The translations under genes were made by a program, and so were the position numbers. DNA of 61,731 nucleotides, counting the filler. It is 8 parts of 8 records of this genome, joined end to end, with 100 filler letters (N's around TTAATTAATTAA, not from the genome) between each part and the next. Parts side by side here need not be neighbours in the genome. Positions count along the whole stretch, not along the records: positions 55,503 to 61,731 come from SRR31147125_32033; 7 more parts are not named here. One strand, given 5' to 3'. This document shows positions 60,280 to 61,731 of the stretch, piece after piece (position 1 is the first letter of the stretch; the number at the start of each line of letters is the position of its first letter). Under the pieces are notes generated by a model that worked only from the letters and a program-made list of their open reading frames with translations, was not told where the DNA came from and searched no databases.

Positions 60280-61731
60280 ATGCCAGGTTTATTTGGTGTT
60301 GTAAGAAATAAACAAATATATAGGCCTCAATTCGAGGAGGCATCAAAAATTCTTAATTATCACTCTTGGTATAAACAAGATGATATCTTTGAAGATATGT
60401 TGGTATTTGCTTCTAGAGTTCATTTAGACGTTTTGGGAGAGCATGATTCTCCAAATCATATAAATGGTATTTTTTGCTGGTCTGAAGGTGAGGCCTATAA
60501 TTTAGATTCACTAAAAAATCAAAAGAATAAAAAACTAAGCCTTTCGGTAATTGAGGCATATTTAAATGATTACTTAGAATGTTTTCTATCGCAAGTGGAT
60601 GGTTGTTTTTCAGCTGTTTTATACGATAAAAATAAAGAAACTATATTTTTAATATCAGATAGGAACGGGCTAAAACCGCTATACTTTTATCATAAAAATG
60701 GCCATTTTGCTTGGTCAAGCGAAATCAAGTTTTTTCTTGGTTTGCCTTATTTTACGCCATCTATCCGCAAAGAGGCGTTTGATTGTTTTCTTGGTTTGGG
60801 TCACCTTATAGGAGATATGACTTGGTTTCATAATGTACACTTATTGGATCCAGCTTCAATCTTGAAATATAACAATGCCACTCAAGAATTAACAATACGT
60901 AAATATTGGGAGTGGGACAATATAAAGCCTCTGGCTATATCGTTTGAGGAGGCAACTGAACATCTTGGAGTGTTGATTGATAGAGCTATCAATAAAAGAA
61001 TCTATGAAGAGGAAAGAATAGGTATATCTTTAAGTGGTGGTTTGGACTCAAGGGCTATCTTGGCTGCGCTACCAGACAATAGAGAGGCAACATGTTATAC
61101 CTTTGGCAAGCCGGGTTGTTTGGATGTGGATATTGCAAAGCAGATTTCTTGTAAAAAAGGATGTGAGCATTATATTTATGGCCTTGACTCAGCCAACTGG
61201 CTTGATGGGCGCTTTTGGGGTGTTTGGAAGACAGATGGCATGTTCTCTCTTTTACATATGCATGCTCTTGGGGCAGTAAACAATGTTAAGCAATACATAG
61301 ACATCAATATAAATGGTTATTTGGGAGATGCTGTTATTGGAGGTTCGTATCTCAAGGGTAAGTCTTATGATATGCCAATTAATGAAGAGATAGCTTCCTT
61401 ACATTACGGTTCATTTTATAAATATTGTTTATTTGATAAGTATAAAAATATATCTAAAATTGATCCTTATTTAGTTGAAAATCGAGGCCGAAGGTTTATA
61501 AACCCTGGAACGTTGTTATGGACTGACCAGATTGAGCAACGCAAGCCCTATATGGATAACAACATTATAGAATTTGTTTATGGCTTACCCGATATTTATA
61601 GAGTTAATTCGTCAATATATAATAAAGCACTTTTGTTGAAGTACCCTGAATTTTATGAGAATATTCCATATTCTAAAACTGGAAAGCCTATTTCTGACAA
61701 ATCATATTTATATAATAAAATTTCCAAAAAA
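60280..61731 (+). CDS. Asparagine synthetase-like amidoligase (3' truncated; not in ORF track)
   Basis: GGAG RBS; MPGLFG start; DRNGLKPLY, WSSEIK, LSGGLDSR, NGYLGD; open to the window end. Confidence 0.88.
   Translation, partial: MPGLFGVVRNKQIYRPQFEEASKILNYHSWYKQDDIFEDMLVFASRVHLDVLGEHDSPNHINGIFCWSEGEAYNLDSLKNQKNKKLSLSVIEAYLNDYLECFLSQVDGCFSAVLYDKNKETIFLISDRNGLKPLYFYHKNGHFAWSSEIKFFLGLPYFTPSIRKEAFDCFLGLGHLIGDMTWFHNVHLLDPASILKYNNATQELTIRKYWEWDNIKPLAISFEEATEHLGVLIDRAINKRIYEEERIGISLSGGLDSRAILAALPDNREATCYTFGKPGCLDVDIAKQISCKKGCEHYIYGLDSANWLDGRFWGVWKTDGMFSLLHMHALGAVNNVKQYIDININGYLGDAVIGGSYLKGKSYDMPINEEIASLHYGSFYKYCLFDKYKNISKIDPYLVENRGRRFINPGTLLWTDQIEQRKPYMDNNIIEFVYGLPDIYRVNSSIYNKALLLKYPEFYENIPYSKTGKPISDKSYLYNKISKK

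Noticed and set aside
1-61731. CRISPR arrays, tRNA, rRNA, transposases, integrases, reverse transcriptases
   Set aside because: None recognised on reading either strand; a tool-based scan would be needed to exclude short or divergent cases.

Overview
This window is not one locus. It is eight unrelated, apparently metagenomic contigs joined by artificial 100-nt linkers (N44-TTAATTAATTAA-N44). (1) 1-5091, Bacteroidetes-like: SDR, AsmA, CinA. (2) 5192-15901, low-GC Acholeplasma/Izemoplasma-like (TGA used as stop): GNAT, BY-kinase pair, HD-GYP, two GntR, tig-lon-engB, ugd, T-box leader. (3) 16002-23520, Bacteroidetes glycan-degradation cluster: DUF2961/GH172-like, beta-propeller GH, GDSL, sulfatase, GH116, GH43. 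(4) 23621-29107, a filamentous-phage (inovirus)-like element: secretin, four pVIII-like coat paralogues, TraX-family acetylase, stand-alone FtsK-gamma-like protein, two RHH regulators, two micro zinc fingers and a structured intergenic region. This is the most novel part. (5) 29208-40874, Clostridia-like: SAM-I riboswitch, Wzy-like protein, acidic membrane proteins, Crp/Fnr with Fe-S protein, FGGY kinase, alkaline phosphatase. (6) 40975-49403, Desulfobacteraceae-like: flgI-J-M-N-K-L, motAB, HD-GYP response regulator, HIT, kdsB. (7) 49504-55402: MCP-cheD-cheY-cheX-cheB and flgF-G-A-H. (8) 55503-61731: surface polysaccharide cluster. Several single-base frameshifts sit in homopolymer runs and are probably sequencing errors. 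All calls come from reading motifs by eye; no database searches were run and the taxonomic labels are impressions.
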